Source: Octopus sinensis (lineage: Eukaryota). Taken from it: a stretch of 64,000 bases of DNA. The notes under the pieces are model-generated. The model was not told the origin of the DNA, searched no databases, and saw nothing but the letters and a program-made list of their open reading frames with translations. The DNA lies in NCBI RefSeq assembly GCF_006345805.1, contig NC_043008.1, positions 55,118,001 through 55,182,000 on the forward strand. Direction: 5' to 3'. Position numbers and translations under genes: made by a program. Below are positions 1 to 12,624 of the stretch, piece after piece (the stretch's first letter is position 1; every line of letters starts with the position of its first letter).

Positions 1-509
1 GATACTTTCCTTACATAATATGCTATGTTTTGAAACTTTGTTCTACTTTTCATTGAAATTGATCTGGTAGTCTTTGTGTAGACACTGGACTGGAATTCTT
101 TGCGAGATATAATTGACAGGAACAGTTTCTGCTGACAGTTGCTAGAAGTTGATCATTACTTTTCCAAATGCTTTACAAACATTAAATCATGTTGTAAATG
201 ACAACGTTTTGCTGTAGTGAAAACCCCGAGGAAAAGGAACAGAGGAATCTGATAGGTTTGAATCTAGTTGCCTATCTTTGTGGAGTATGGAAACCAGGTC
301 AAAGTAGACTTGATTTCACCTTGTGCTTAATTAATTTGGCAGAATTTTGGAATAGCTGCATCTCAAAGTCTAATAATACCTTATGGAAAAAAAGAAAAGG
401 ATAGTATTTTTCTTCTCCTCCTCCACTCTCTTTTTTTTTTTTAGTATTCTTCCTGTGTTTCTGACAATGGAAATTACGATTCTGCAAAAAAAAATATATA
501 TATATATAT

Positions 510-900
510 TTACTATTTTTTTTACTTGTTTCAGTCATTTGACTGCGGCCATGCTGGAGCACCGCCTTTAGTTGAGCAGATCGACCCTGGGACTTATTCT
601 TTTGTAAGCCCAGTACTTATTCTATCGGTCTCTTTTGCCGAACCGCTAAGTGACGGGGACGTAAACACACCAGCATCAGTTGTCAAGCAATGCTAGGGGG
701 ACAAACACAGACACACAAACACACATGTACATATATATATATATGACAGGCTTCTTTCAGTTTCTGTCTACCAAATCCACTCGCAAGGAATTGGTTGGCC
801 CGGGGCTATAGCAGAAGACACTTGCCCAAGATGCCATGCAGTGGGACTGAACCCGGAACCATGTGGTTGGTTAGCAAGCTACTTACCACACAGCCACTCT
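510..900 (-). mobile_element. SINE-A, ~400-bp tRNA-derived SINE, full length
   Basis: Reverse complement of the repeat at 1259-1656. It has an A/B-box-like head (tggctgtgtggtaag...ggttcagtccc), an internal (TA/CA)n tract and a (gtaaaaga)n-type tail. Confidence 0.85.
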
Positions 901-1258
901 ACATTTTTGCTCACTCTCCATTTCTGAGCCCTTATTTTTTCTCATGAGGTATGGGACTTCAAAGGACATATATTATAAAACTCTGCCATTAATTCTTTCT
1001 CCCACTTTAATCACCACAAAGGGGTGAATCTCTTAGGAATGAGAATATTTTTTCTAGTACCCGGAGGGATTGTAGGTTCATAAGAATGCGAGTCCTGTCT
1101 GTGCTGAGAACATTGATCATTTGTTCATTTTCCTTTTACATCCATTTTTCCATGTTAGCATGGATTAGATGAAATTATTGAGGTGTTGTTTTACAATCAG
1201 ATGCCTTTCCTGTCACTTACTTTTACTTGATTTTAGATTAAAAAATTTTATTCCACAT

Positions 1259-1656
1259 AGGCGCAGAAGTGGCTGTGTGGTAAGTAGCTTACTTACCAAC
1301 CTCATGGTTCCGGGTTCAGTCCCACTGCGTGGCATCTTGGGCAAGTGTCTTCTGCTATAGCCCCGGGCTGACCAATGCCTTGTGAGTGGATTTGGTAGAC
1401 GGAAACTGAAAGAAGCCTGTCGTATATATGTATGTGTTTGTGTGTCTGTGTTTGTCCCCCCAGCATTGCTTGACAACCGATGCTAGTGTGTTTACGTTCC
1501 CGTCATTTAGCGGTTCGGCAAAAGAGACCGATAGAATAAGTACTGGGCTTACAAAGAATAAGTCCCGGGGTCAATTTGCTCGACTAAAAGGCGGTGCTCC
1601 AGCATGGCCGCAGTCAAATGACTGAAACAAGTAAAAGAGTAAAAGAGTAAAGAGTA
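1259..1656 (+). mobile_element. SINE-A, full length
   Basis: Head ggcgcagaagtggctgtgtggtaagtagc...ggttccgggttcagtcccactgc, core ttgggcaagtgtcttct, tail gtaaaagagtaaaagagtaaagag. About 20 copies in the window. Confidence 0.85.
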
Positions 1657-1727
1657 TGTCTTTGACGGCATAAAGCAGTTTTCAGAGAACTGCAACTGTA
1701 AACAAACCAGACACACACATGCTTCTT

Positions 1728-1880
1728 TCACTGTCTTTCTATGAAATCTACTCACAAGTCTATGGTCAGTTTCTGGCTATAATAGAAAGCACTTGCCCAA
1801 GCTGCTGCACAGTAGGACTGAACCTCAAACCACATGGTTGAGAAGCAAGCTTTTTAACCACACAGCCATGCCTGTGCCTT
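1728..1880 (-). mobile_element. SINE-A, diverged 5' fragment
   Basis: cacttgcccaag...ggactgaacc...cacagccatgcctg matches the reverse-complemented head. Confidence 0.6.
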
Positions 1881-2057
1881 TGTATTTAATTTTTACCAGT
1901 TCATAGTCATGCATCTTATATTAAATTACTGTTTCGGTTTTAAACTTTAAATCATTTTTTTCACAAGTTCCTAGAGATATCATCATCATACGAGAGGTTC
2001 TCCATGTAGTCACTCCACTTGCTAGAAACAACAGCCAGATTTAGCTCAAATTACACC

Positions 2058-2435
2058 CTTACTCTTTTACTTGTTTCAGTCATTTGACTGCGGCCATGCT
2101 GGAGCACTGCCTTTAGTCGAGCAAATCGACACCGGGACTTATCCTTTGTAAGCTCAGTACTTATTCTATTGGTCTCTGTTGCCAAACCGCTAAGTGACAG
2201 GGACGTAAACACACCAGCATCGGTTGTCAAGCAATGCTAGAGGGACAAACGCAGACACACATACATATATACGACAGGCTTCTTTCAGTTTCCGTCTACC
2301 AAATCCACTCACAAGGCTTTGGTCGGCCCGGGGCTATAGCAGAAGACACTTGCCCAAGATGCCACGCAGTGGGACTGAACCCGGAACCATGTGGTTGGTA
2401 AACGAGCTACTTACCACACAGCCACTCCTGCGCCT
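2058..2435 (-). mobile_element. SINE-A, full length
   Basis: High identity to the other copies on the reverse strand. Confidence 0.85.
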
Positions 2436-2638
2436 ATATTGCCCTTCAATATGAAAAAAAATGTTCACATTGCATTGGAAAATGTAGTTTTGAGATACAT
2501 CGACTCTGAAAGCAAGTTGGAGTGGCCATAACTGAAATATCTTTGAACATAGGTATATGTTTAATCACAGTGCTAGTTTATGACCAACCAGCAACACTTC
2601 AGAATAGTGATTTCTTTCTTCTTTTTTTTTGTTTGAAG

Positions 2639-2714
2639 GCCACATTCTTTGACTGAAGAGGAATTGGTTGATATTCATGCTTTATCCAGATTGAGTGTAG
2701 CCAACAAGTCTTAA
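2639..2714 (+). other. Candidate terminal coding exon (unidentified)
   Basis: A strong pyrimidine tract ending tttgtttgaag precedes the open frame PHSLTEEELVDIHALSRLSVANKS*. No homology recognised. Confidence 0.2.
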
Positions 2715-3102
2715 ACTCTGTGGAAAACCAGGCAATGAAAAATCACAACATGGAAAAACTTGTTCCAGTCCCTTTCATACATTTTTGTCTCTCATTGCCT
2801 GACATAGAGCTACTCATACTTCCCTGTTTTCAACAGCCAATTTTTTTTATTTAGTAATGGATTAGTTAATAGACCATTAAACAATCACTCAATTCATTGT
2901 CCCTTTCTTTCTCCATGATGTAGTGATTGCTATTCTGGAAGTCCATCAATCAACTATTACACCTATCTCATTAGTATAATAACTTATTCACTAATCCTTT
3001 AGTAAATAAAAAAAAAATTGACTGTTGATAACAGGTAAGTACTAAGCTGTCTCTCTCTGTGCTGTACTTCCACTCAATCAAAGGGGATGTTGGTTTTGTG
3101 AG

Positions 3103-3322
3103 CTACATGGCAACCTCACTAGTGCTGGTGCTATAAAAAAAAAGTAAAGCATCTGGTACACTCTGTAAAGTAGTTGGTGTTAGGAAGAGCATCCAACCAT
3201 AGAAACTGTACCAAAGCAGGTATTGGAGCACAAGGCAGTCTTCCAAACAATGAGATTCTTTTGAACTGTCCAGCCCATGCCAACATGGAAGACGGCTGTT
3301 AAAAAGTGATGATGATGATGTC
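3103..3322 (+). mobile_element. RTE-like LINE 3' UTR fragment (family C) with (gat)n tail
   Basis: gttaggaagagcatcc...cccatgccaacatggaa...gatgatgatg matches the 3' end of the LINE at 59778-60638. Confidence 0.7.
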
Positions 3323-3719
3323 ACTCTATACATCTGAAGACTGGCTTTCCCAACAACTGTATAGGGGAACTCTTTAACCATCAGGGGTCAACTTTCATCA
3401 GGCAAACAGATAATGTCAAACAGCAGTGCTGTGAGAATCGCACCTCAGAGTTCAGCGTGATATGCAGACTGTCCTCACCATCCCACTGTGTCTTTGTATA
3501 CCACTAATTACATTGGCCCACCTTCCAACTGATTTAGGAAATCAGTGCTATGAGAACGAGGCTGATTATCTGGAATAGTCCCCTCTCATGATAATCCAAA
3601 TTCTTGCACAAACTTCTTGAAATGACAGATGCCATGTTTAGCTTTATCCTGGTTTCAACCTTGATGAGTGATGATTATATTTTGCTCTCTATGGAGTCAA
3701 GAGAATTCAAACTGGGCAT

Positions 3720-3865
3720 TACAGAATCTGTAATCATTGCAACCTCACTAGTGCTGGTGCCATAAAAAAAAGTAAAACATCCGGTACACTCTGTAAAGTA
3801 GTTGGTGTTAGGAAGAGCATCCAACCATAGAAACCATACCAAAGTAGGTATTGGAGCACAAGGCA
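3720..3865 (+). mobile_element. Family C LINE 3' UTR fragment, tail-less
   Basis: Near copy of 3108-3240 (gcaacctcactagtgctggtgc...gtattggagcacaaggca). Confidence 0.6.
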
Positions 3866-4365
3866 ATCTTATAACCTTGCATGTGTATGAGAAATCTCTA
3901 TCAGTGCTGTAACCATCATCATCATTGTTCTAATGTCCACTTTTCCATGCTTCCATGGGTCAGATGGAATTTGTTGAGGCAGATTCTTTATGGCCAGATG
4001 GCCTTCCTGTCACCTATCCCCATTTGTTTCCATATTTGTACACAACAGGCTTCTTTCAGTTTCTGTATACTAAATCTGTTCACAAGGAGAAAGCCATGCA
4101 GATAGATTTTGTATAGAAAGAGACACTTGCCCACCCAAGGTGCTCTGCAGTGGGACTGAACCCGAAACCACATGGTTGGGAAGCAAACTTGCTGCCATGT
4201 TTACCCCTGTGTTTTGCAGTATTTGTTTTGGTTTCTCTTTGCATTCCTAGTTGTTCTTGAATTGATTGGTGGGTTTAATTCTTCACCTGGTTTAGCACCA
4301 TTAACCTTTTACTGAATTTTGAAGCAGTGGTAGTATACTTGTTGTTCTTGATGAATTGAATACTC

Positions 4366-4950
4366 TTACCCCTTTTACTCTTTTACTTGTTTCAGTCATT
4401 TGACTGCGGCCATGCTGGAGCACCACCTTTAACTCTTTAGTGTTTAAACTGGCCATATCTAGCCTCTCACACCTAACCTACATTGACATTCTAAAACTAA
4501 ACAATCACATCATTGAAACCTCAAAGCTATAAGGTAATGCATGATTAATTCAAAACAATTTAAATAAGAAAGCATTACATTTAACAGAGTAACCTGAACA
4601 CTAAAGGGTTAATCGAGCAACTCGACCCCGGGACTTATTCTTTGAAAAGCCCAGTACTTATTCTATCGGTCTCTTTTGCCAAACCGCTAAGTGACGGGGA
4701 CATAAACACACCAGCATCGGTTGTCAAGCAATGCTAGGGGGACAAACACAGACACACAAACATACACGCACATATATATATACATATATACGACGGGCTT
4801 CTTTCAGTTTCCGTCTACCAAATCCACTCACAAGGCTTTGGTCGGCCCGAGGCTATAGTAGAAGACACTTGCCCAAGGTGCCACGCAGTGGGACTGAACC
4901 CAGAACCATGTGGTTGCTAAGCAAGCTACTTACCACACAGCCACTCCTGC
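4366..4950 (-). mobile_element. SINE-A interrupted by a TTAA MITE
   Basis: The SINE sequence is continuous on both sides of 4433-4608 (caccacctTTAA...TTAAtcgagcaa). Confidence 0.85.
4433..4608. mobile_element. piggyBac-like MITE (TTAA target, ccctttag-type TIR)
   Basis: TTAA-ctctttagtg ... cactaaaggg-TTAA. The TTAA duplication is evident against the uninterrupted SINE-A sequence. Confidence 0.7.
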
Positions 4951-4954
4951 GAAT

Positions 4955-5890
4955 ATGTGAACTTGGTTTTTACTTTATTATTAGTAGAGGATTAATGGCG
5001 GGGATGTGTGATGATGTTCTGAGGAAGACTCTGGGCACCAATGAAAATGAACTTGCTGGTCTGTTCCAGAGGACTTTCTGGTTGGGAACTATCATGGATA
5101 ATTTCCAGATGTCTTTGGCCTGGCAGTGCTACCGGTTTGAGATAAACTCTACAGGCACAGATATGCTGATAGACGGGCTTGTTCGAGATGCACACAGTGA
5201 CAAAACCATTCCACATGCACTTGTTTAGTGTCCGGGGATTACTGACTTGTGGGGTTATGTCAAATAGCTGCTGTCACATGTAGGATGGGTCCATCTATTG
5301 GCTGAGTCCCTAATGGTGATTATCCTGCCACCCTTCTCTAATCGGGTAGGTAAAGCAGTTTTCTTCTGCCTGGTGGCTATGGCAAAAGAGGTGTCTTGTG
5401 GATGAGGTTGAAATGCATGAGGACAGACACAGTCCTCTTTGATAGAGGTCTCATTGACTTCAGGTTTCACTTGAAAAGGAAATTGAAGGTGAAAAGGGAA
5501 GTGCTGTCTTTGAGTGAGTTTATTCAAAGGTGAGTGAAAGTTGCAAAAATGGCACCTGTGGATGGTACCTCTTTGAGTATAGACCTGTGAGTTGAAGGAA
5601 GGGAATTGGAGATGGCACTTGCCTTTGTTGTTCAGGGAGATCTTGGACAGTGGAGTTCCTTGAATATCCCTAGAGGTCATCCTGACTCAGGACTACATCT
5701 CCGTCACTCCCCCGCCACTGTTTTTAACCTTTGTATACTATGTATATTTCCCTTCCTTTTCATTGTATACCATATATACTGACTCTATTTTCTTTTTTAT
5801 TGTTTATTTATTTCATTATATGCAAACCCCCACACTTTGTGTCTGTCTTTCTATTATCCCCCTCATCCATCACACTGGTGGCAATTACAT
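4955..5890 (+). pseudogene. L1/Tx1-clade LINE ORF2 C-terminal remnant (zf-RVT-like region) plus 3' UTR
   Basis: The frameshifted translation LFQRTFWLGTIMDNFQMSLAWQCYR...DKTIPHALV*CPGITDLWGYVK*LLSHVG...GKAVFFCLVAMAKEV / RLKCMRTD...IDFRFHLKRKLKVKREVL resembles the ET..HAL..CP zinc-finger C-terminus of L1/Tx1 ORF2. It has stops and frameshifts. Confidence 0.65.
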
Positions 5891-6282
5891 GAAATCATTA
5901 TTATTTTTATTAGAACAAATTCTTCATTTACATGTCTGATGTTCTTTGGTAGAATATGAAAACTACAATTTTTAATTTCCTCTCCAATCCTACAAATCTG
6001 AAGCTCTATTTCCTATGTTAAAAATAAAAATAGAAGAATTTATTTTAATATTGGGTTAGGTGGTAGAATTGTAGAAGCTGAGAGCAACAGATTAACTACC
6101 TTTCAGTGTTGTGTGCTGTAGTAGAGTTTGGAAAGCACCATAGCTCCATCATTTAATAAATATGCTTATTTGTATTTCAGTACATAATTTTATCCATCAT
6201 CAAAACATTGTTTCAGACTAGCAGATTCATTAGAGCATCTGAAAAAAAATACCTTGTATTATCTGCTCCAGCTTTTGGTATT

Positions 6283-6720
6283 CATCATCATTATCATCGT
6301 TTAACGTCTGTTTCCCGTGCTAGCATGGGTTGGATGGTTCGACCAGGATCTGGGAAGCCAGGAGGCTGCACCAGGCTCCAGTCTGATGTGGCAGTGTTTC
6401 TACAGCTGGGTGCCCTTCCTAACGTCAACCACTCTGTGAGTGTTGTGGGTGCTTTTTACATGCCACCGGCACAGGTGCCAGGGGAGGCTGGCAGTGGCCA
6501 TGATCGGTTGGTGCTTTTTATGTGCCACCAGCACAGAAGCCAGTCAAGGCGGTGCTGGTATCGGCCACGTTCGGATGGTGCTTTTTACGTACCACAGGCA
6601 CAGGTATCACAACTACAATTTCTATTTGATATTTATTTTGATGTTGATGTACTTGACTCAATAGGCCTCCTTAAGCACAGCAGGGGTTTCCTCAAGCACA
6701 GCAGGTTTCTGAGATCAAAT
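6283..6720 (-). mobile_element. Family C LINE 3' UTR
   Basis: (cat)n, then gtttaacgtctgtttcccgtgctagcatgggttgg..., with internal gtgccaccggcac repeats. Confidence 0.75.
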
Positions 6721-7309
6721 CCCACTGAGGGCCAACTTTGCACTTCATCCTTTTGGGGGTCTGTAAAATTAAGTATCAGTCAAGAACTGACTGGTCTCTA
6801 AAATAAAATACCAGTTAAGAGCTTTTATCTAACTGAGGTTAGGTGCAGGATCAGCCTTGTAAGGGAACTAAGGTATGTTGTGAGCAGACAGCACAGGGTG
6901 GCTTCTTTATTTATACATGTTTATTTGCTGCAGTCTTACACACTTGCATATGTGTAAGAATGTGTACATATGTCTGTCCATTTAAATATGAAAAGGCATG
7001 GCCTCAAACTACTGTTTATCTCCCACTACACTATACTACTCATGTTGCTGATAATTTGCATAATGGAAATATGTATTGAGTATTTATCACTCTTTTATAT
7101 TTGTTGCTAAATCAGTGAATTAGCCCTCCATTCAGAATTGCTGGCCTTGTGCTTAAATCAGAAATCATTGTGTTAAATATTTTGATTATTTCTTTGAGTG
7201 TGTTCTATACCTGTATTTGTTTACTGTGTAACAACACTCTAGCACATGACAAGCTGAATAATATTTTACTTTCTTGTTCAATACTATCCTCCATTCACTT
7301 GTCTTGCGA

Positions 7310-7520
7310 GTACTTGGTGACTTCACCAATGCTGGTGCCATGATAAAAAGCACCCTGCAGACTCTGAGAAATGGTTGGTATTAGGAAAGGCATACAGTTA
7401 TAGAAACCATGCCAAAGCAGACATTAGAGTTCAGTGCAACCCTCTGGCTTGTCTGTTCATGTCAAACTGTCCAACCCATGCCTGCATGGAAAAAAGGACA
7501 TTACATGATGATGATAACGA
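7310..7520 (+). mobile_element. Family C LINE 3' UTR
   Basis: gttggtattaggaaaggc...ccaacccatgcctgcatggaa...gatgatgat. Confidence 0.65.
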
Positions 7521-8064
7521 GGATGATCAAAAGCAGTGGTTGACAGAAGCAGTAAAGTTCTGGAGAAGATACCTGGTAGTACCTAGCTTCAGCTCTTTAT
7601 ATTTTGAGTTCAAATCCTATGAGATCTCATCTTACCTTTCATCTTTTTTGGGTTGATAAAATAAGTACTAGTCAACTACTAAAGTCAATTCAATTGACCG
7701 CACTCTCTCCCTATCCTTAAAATTCCTGTTGTACTTAATATGAGAAATCTCTATTGTTAAGAAGTTCCATAGAATACAGCTGTGCTTCCTAACCTCTTCT
7801 TGGCCTCTTACCCTAAGGAAAGACTTGATTAACTTTCACACATCCTATGAAAGTAATATCCTATTCAAAGATGAAAAAAATCGATTTTCTAATAACTAAT
7901 TTGTTTATTTATTCATTAGATTTAACCATATTCAGTACTGCTAAATAAAATTCTTGGTGTGTTTAGTGGAACAAGGTTATTTTCAGTTATTTTTAAATGT
8001 AAGTTAAAAATTATATTCTGGATAGGTATCTTCAGTTCGATTTACATACCTATCAAGGTCATGA

Positions 8065-8189
8065 ATGTTGAGTAATGGCCAAAAAAATATAATCATGAGT
8101 ATAAGCAGCCATAATGGGGCTTCTCTGAAGGGTCTTGGGAATAATGTTACTCAACAGGGAGTCTCTTCAAATCAAGCTGCTACTGGTCT
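8065..8189 (+). other. Candidate start-codon exon (unidentified)
   Basis: ATG-initiated frame MLSNGQKNIIMSISSHNGASLKGLGNNVTQQGVSSNQAATG, followed by a possible donor ct|gtatgt. The segment does not match a repeat seen elsewhere in the window. Confidence 0.2.
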
Positions 8190-8214
8190 GTATGTCTGCT
8201 ACTAATGACACATT

Positions 8215-8515
8215 GTTTGTTCTTTCTCGAGCCATACCTGGCTTATAAGGGCCAGTTTCCCGGTTTCCTTGGCGTATAGGTTCCCCACCTGGACGGGACG
8301 TCGGTCCGTCGCAGGTGAGCTGCAAGATGCAGGAGGAAAGAGCGAGAGAAAGTTGTGGCGAAAGAGTCAGCAGAAGTTTGCCATTACCTTCTGCCGGAGC
8401 CACATGGAGGTGAAGTGTTTCGCTCATAAACACACACATCGCCTGGTCTGAGATTCAAACCCGCGATCCCTCGACCGCAGGTCCGCTGCTCTAACAACTA
8501 GGCCATGTGCCTCCG
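8215..8515 (-). mobile_element. SINE-D, tRNA-derived
   Basis: The reverse strand begins ggaggcacatggcctagttgttagagcagcggacc...gggtttgaatctcagacc (A/B-box-like). The head is related to 41872-42158 and 51011-51399. Confidence 0.7.
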
Positions 8516-8522
8516 CGCTAAT

Positions 8523-8782
8523 GACATGATCAGAATGTTGCAGGAAAGGATTACAAGACAGATTCTTTAAGCTGAATCAACCTGCAATAGACCTAGGAGT
8601 AGACCAAGAGTAAGATGTTTGGATAACGTTCATAGTCTCAGTTGGTCATGCTTGGTAATTCAGCCCAGAAGTGTTATGATGGTAGTTTCTGATAGGACCC
8701 TATGGAGGAAGTGCCTGAGGACTCTACCCTAACGGCCCTCTCTTGAACAGGGGGTAGTGAAAAGGAATGGATGGATGGATTT
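8523..8782 (+). pseudogene. RTE-like LINE 3' end remnant with (ggat)n tail
   Basis: Translation DMIRMLQERITRQIL*AESTCNRPRSRPRVRCLDNVHSLSWS...DRTLWRKCLRTLP resembles the RP.GRP..RW.D...DR..WR C-terminus of RTE-clade RTs. Confidence 0.6.
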
Positions 8783-9129
8783 TAGTAACTTATTGACTTC
8801 CTTCTTAGTTGCACCACCTCAAATGCCATCTCACACATTCATAAGGTACAGGCACTCCAGATTGAGAACCCTTCAAATAAAGTATGATTTCTTAGCAATC
8901 TGAATTGTCTGATCTGGGTTTGAGAAAATTATAAAGCCTCAGAATTATTGTGCAATAGCCTTGTCTATTGATACAGTACCAGGATATGAATCACTGACCT
9001 TTCAGTCAAGTGTTGTTTTGTTTAGCCTAAAGCCAGCTGTAATTCAGTAAACATGACTAAAGGTGTCTCTACTGTGTTTTTTTTTCTCACAAAATCTAGT
9101 TCATAAAAGATATTGCAAAATATATGAGT

Positions 9130-9390
9130 GGCTTCATCATCATCATCGTCATCATCATTGTCGTCATCATCATCATCATCATCATTGTCGTCATCATCAT
9201 CATCATCATCATTTAATGTCTGCTCTCCATGCTGGCATGGGTTGGATGGTTTCTTTGGTATGGAGCTGGCTAGCAGGGAGCTTCCAGACTCCAGCTGTCT
9301 GCTGTGGCATGGTTTCTATGGCCAGATACCCTTCATAACATCAACCACTTAACAAAATTTGCTGAGTGCTTTTTACGTGCCACCAGCATA
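9130..9390 (-). mobile_element. Family C LINE 3' end with expanded (cat/cgt)n tail
   Basis: A long catcatcgt tract is followed by ttaatgtctgctctccatgctggcatgggttgg. Confidence 0.65.
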
Positions 9391-9869
9391 ATGCACTAAA
9401 GTGAAAATTTTTGCTAGAAACAGCCATGGCTGTCTGGCGAAGAAGTGTGATGAGAACCATTGTGGTTTGGAGGGGCAGGATTGTTTCCTCTGCAAGGACA
9501 CTATTGGCTGGTATCCTCTACTACAGCCACCAGCTGTCCAATATGTCGGGAGTGAAATCTAGTAGGTGGAAACTGGAAGAAGTTTGTCATGTGTGTGACT
9601 GAGTGTGTATTTCCTTCATCTTGAAATGTGCACGCTGACTGTAAACAAAGCATTGCCATTCATACAAATGAGGTAATTGGTTTGCTATCCTCTGTGGAAG
9701 CATATCCTGGTTATTTGTCGTTCAATAGGCTAGGGAAATTATTACGTTGCTTGGAAACAGTTGAAGGTTGGTGATAGGAAGAGCATTTCCCTATAGACTT
9801 CAATGAAGTCTTATCTGATTCTCTGTGAAGATGGAAGAGTAGTCGCTAAACAGATTATGATAATGAACT

Positions 9870-10350
9870 ATCATCATCATCATCATCATTTAGCGTCTGC
9901 TTTCCATGCTAGCATGGGTTGGATGATATGACTGAGGATTGGCGAACCAGATGGCTGCACCAGATTCTAATCTGATCTGGCAAAGTTTCTACAGCTGGCC
10001 TTTCCTAACGCCAACCACTCTGAGAGTGTAATGAGTGCTTTTATGTGTCACCAGCACGAGGGCCAGTCAAGCAGTACTGGCAACGGCCACGTTCAAGTGG
10101 TATTTTTTACGTGCCACCTGCACAGGAGCCACTCCAGTGGCACTGGCAATGACCTCGCTCGAATGTTTTTCACATGCCACCAGCACAAGTGCCAGGAAGG
10201 CGACACTGGTAACAATCATGTTTGAATGGTGCTTTTTATGTTCCACCAGCACGGAAGCTGCTCTGGCAGCGATCATGCTCTTAGCGTTCCACTGGCATGG
10301 GTGCCAATCATCGAATTTGTGAATTTGATTTGATTTCGATTTCACTTGTC
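9870..10350 (-). mobile_element. Family C LINE 3' UTR, long copy
   Basis: Several internal gtgccacc(a/g)gcac...ggcactggcaa subrepeats. Near-identical to 25700-26050 and 54750-55152. Confidence 0.8.
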
Positions 10351-10519
10351 TCAACCTGTATAAAAATCAGGCTGAGTAAAGAGTAAGCAATATTTTGAAA
10401 CATGAAATTCACCACAATATATTTCAACAATGCGGAAATTTTATTCATCAAAGTAAGTACCATTACAATCGACAGGTTTTTGCCAGCGAGTTTGTCTATT
10501 CTGGTAACATGAAAATCTG

Positions 10520-10790
10520 GAGTTCTGTTCTATGCTGGCATGGGTTAGATGGTTTGACTGGAACTAGTGAGCTGGAGAGCTGCACCAGGCTCCAATATGC
10601 TTGGTTTCTATGGCTGGATTCCCTTCCCAAGGTCAACAACCCCAAGAGAGTAATGGGTGCCTTTTATGTGTAACCAACATGGGTGCCTTTTATGTGCCAC
10701 TGGCACAGATGTCTTTTTGTGTCACTGACACTGTCCATAACTTCTATTTCACTTAGCTTGATGAGTCTTCTCAAGCACAGTGTGTATATA
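10520..10790 (-). mobile_element. Family C LINE 3' UTR
   Basis: tgctggcatgggttagatgg...gctgcaccaggctcc...tgtgccactggcac. Confidence 0.65.
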
Positions 10791-11117
10791 TACATGTATG
10801 TGTGTGTGTGTATAATATTGGCTTCTAATCAAGGCACAGGGCCAGCAGTAATAGAGGAGGATTAAGTCGGTTACATCGACCTCAGTATTCAACTGAAGGG
10901 AAGGAAGGCAAGCTCGACCTTGGCAGAGATGTGTGTATACAATATCATAAGTGAAAAGGTTTATTTTTGCATATGTGTGTGTGTGTATACATATTTGTGT
11001 ATATACATCCTTGTGCATGTATAACATGCATGTGCTTTCATGTATACATGTGTGTTCATGTATATAAACTTAGATATGTTTCGACCAAAGATTGGTCCAG
11101 GCCATGTCTAACTTAAT

Positions 11118-11492
11118 ACTCTTTTACTCTTTTTACTTGTTTCAGTCATTTGACTGCGGGCATGCTGGAGCACCGCCTTTTAGTTGAGCAAATCGACCCC
11201 AGAACTTTGGAAGCCTAGTACTTATTCTATTGGTCTCTTTTGCTGAACCGCTAAGTTACAGGGATGTAAACACACCACCGTCAGTTGTCAAGCGATGTTG
11301 GGGGGACAAACACTGACACACAAACACACACACATACATGCACATATTTATATATATATATATATATATATACGACAGGCTTCTTTTGGTTTCTGTCTGC
11401 CAAATCCACTCACAAGGTACCACGCAGTGGGAATGAACCCGGAACCATGTGGTTCGTAAGCAACCTACTTACCACACAGCCACTCCTGAGCC
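11118..11492 (-). mobile_element. SINE-A with internal deletion
   Basis: ccactcacaagg is joined directly to taccacgcagtgg, so the middle of the head region is missing. Confidence 0.8.
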
Positions 11493-12067
11493 TATATATG
11501 TTTGTGTATTTAAATGTATTTATATATGCGTGTGTGTGTGTACATATGTATGTGTATACATGTGTGTGAATCTATACATTGGACATAAAATGTCCAGGAA
11601 TGAAACTCACAATCTTGAAGATCAGGCATCTAACACTGCAACCACCAGCTTACATGCCTTCATATCCCCACCCCCACCCACCAAAAAAAAAACAACATGG
11701 CTCACTTCTCGTTTATTCAGTCGTTTATTTAATTTGATACTTAATAAGAGTTTTACTTCTGCAAACTGAAAATTTAAAGCATTGAATAAATGGGATTTTC
11801 TTTTCCTTTTTTTTTCTTTCTTCTATTTCTTCATTTGCTTTTTTTCTTCTCTGTGAAATAGCACAAATAGAATGTAGTCCTGAAAAGTAGTGTAACATAA
11901 TCTGCTAGTCTCCCATTTATAGCAACTCTGGGTGATATCATGCGATTTGTTGATGGCAGAGATTTGGCTGCTATTTCTTGCAGGTTGAGTGATCACATAA
12001 AGGCTATCCCTTGTTCAGTATTTCAGTGGTTATATGGTTTGATTGTTCTCTCCCTAGTTTTTGCAAC

Positions 12068-12099
<32 letters not shown>

Positions 12100-12624
12100 C
12101 AGATGTGTGTGTGTATGTAGTTGTGTATATATGTGTGTGTATTTAGTATGTTTTGATAGGTATATATGTCAATTCATGTTTGTGTGTGTGTGTGTGCGCA
12201 TATGTGTTTATATGTAATTCTGTTTGCGGGTGTTTGTGATTGTGCGTATATCTGTGTATGATGGTATTCTCTTCAGGCTGTGTATGTGTATCATCATCAT
12301 TATTGTACAGTCATCTTTACCTTTGTATATACTCACGTAAAGCGACTGTTCCTTGCAGAGCTTGACCCCCTTCTTGCACCTATAATGGCTTTTTCTTAGT
12401 GTGAAATCTTAAATGGCTTTGAATCCTGAAAAGCATTTAAAGAGCTGATCACATATATTGCAACAGTATCCCATTTCTGTTACGGCTCCATTTTCTGCTT
12501 GTTTATCATGAATTTTCAAGTGCCACTTCAATCCTCTGCATGACTTACAGGTCTTTTAATGGACATGGCATTAAAACTGGTCACCTGGAATGAATATATG
12601 TATGTGTGTGTGTGTACGTATATA

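Noticed and set aside
3330-3670. GC-richer unique segment, possibly an old RT fragment
   Set aside because: No frame gives a convincing ordered RT motif set.
4731-5228. Longest ORF in the track (165 aa)
   Set aside because: It is a chimera of antisense SINE-A sequence and a decayed L1/Tx1 fragment, not a gene.
9063-9352. Poly-His and poly-Ser ORFs
   Set aside because: They are translations of the expanded (cat)n LINE tail.
9870-10350. Regularly spaced gtgccacc-gcac repeats resembling a CRISPR array
   Set aside because: The context is eukaryotic, the repeats are degenerate, the spacers are related to each other and there are no cas genes. They are internal repeats of a LINE 3' UTR.
11068-11108. 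Half-hammerhead on the minus strand (cctg-gacc...ggtc-GAAAC-ATAT-cta)
   Set aside because: The ATGA of the core is missing and stem III cannot pair. At most it is a dead remnant.
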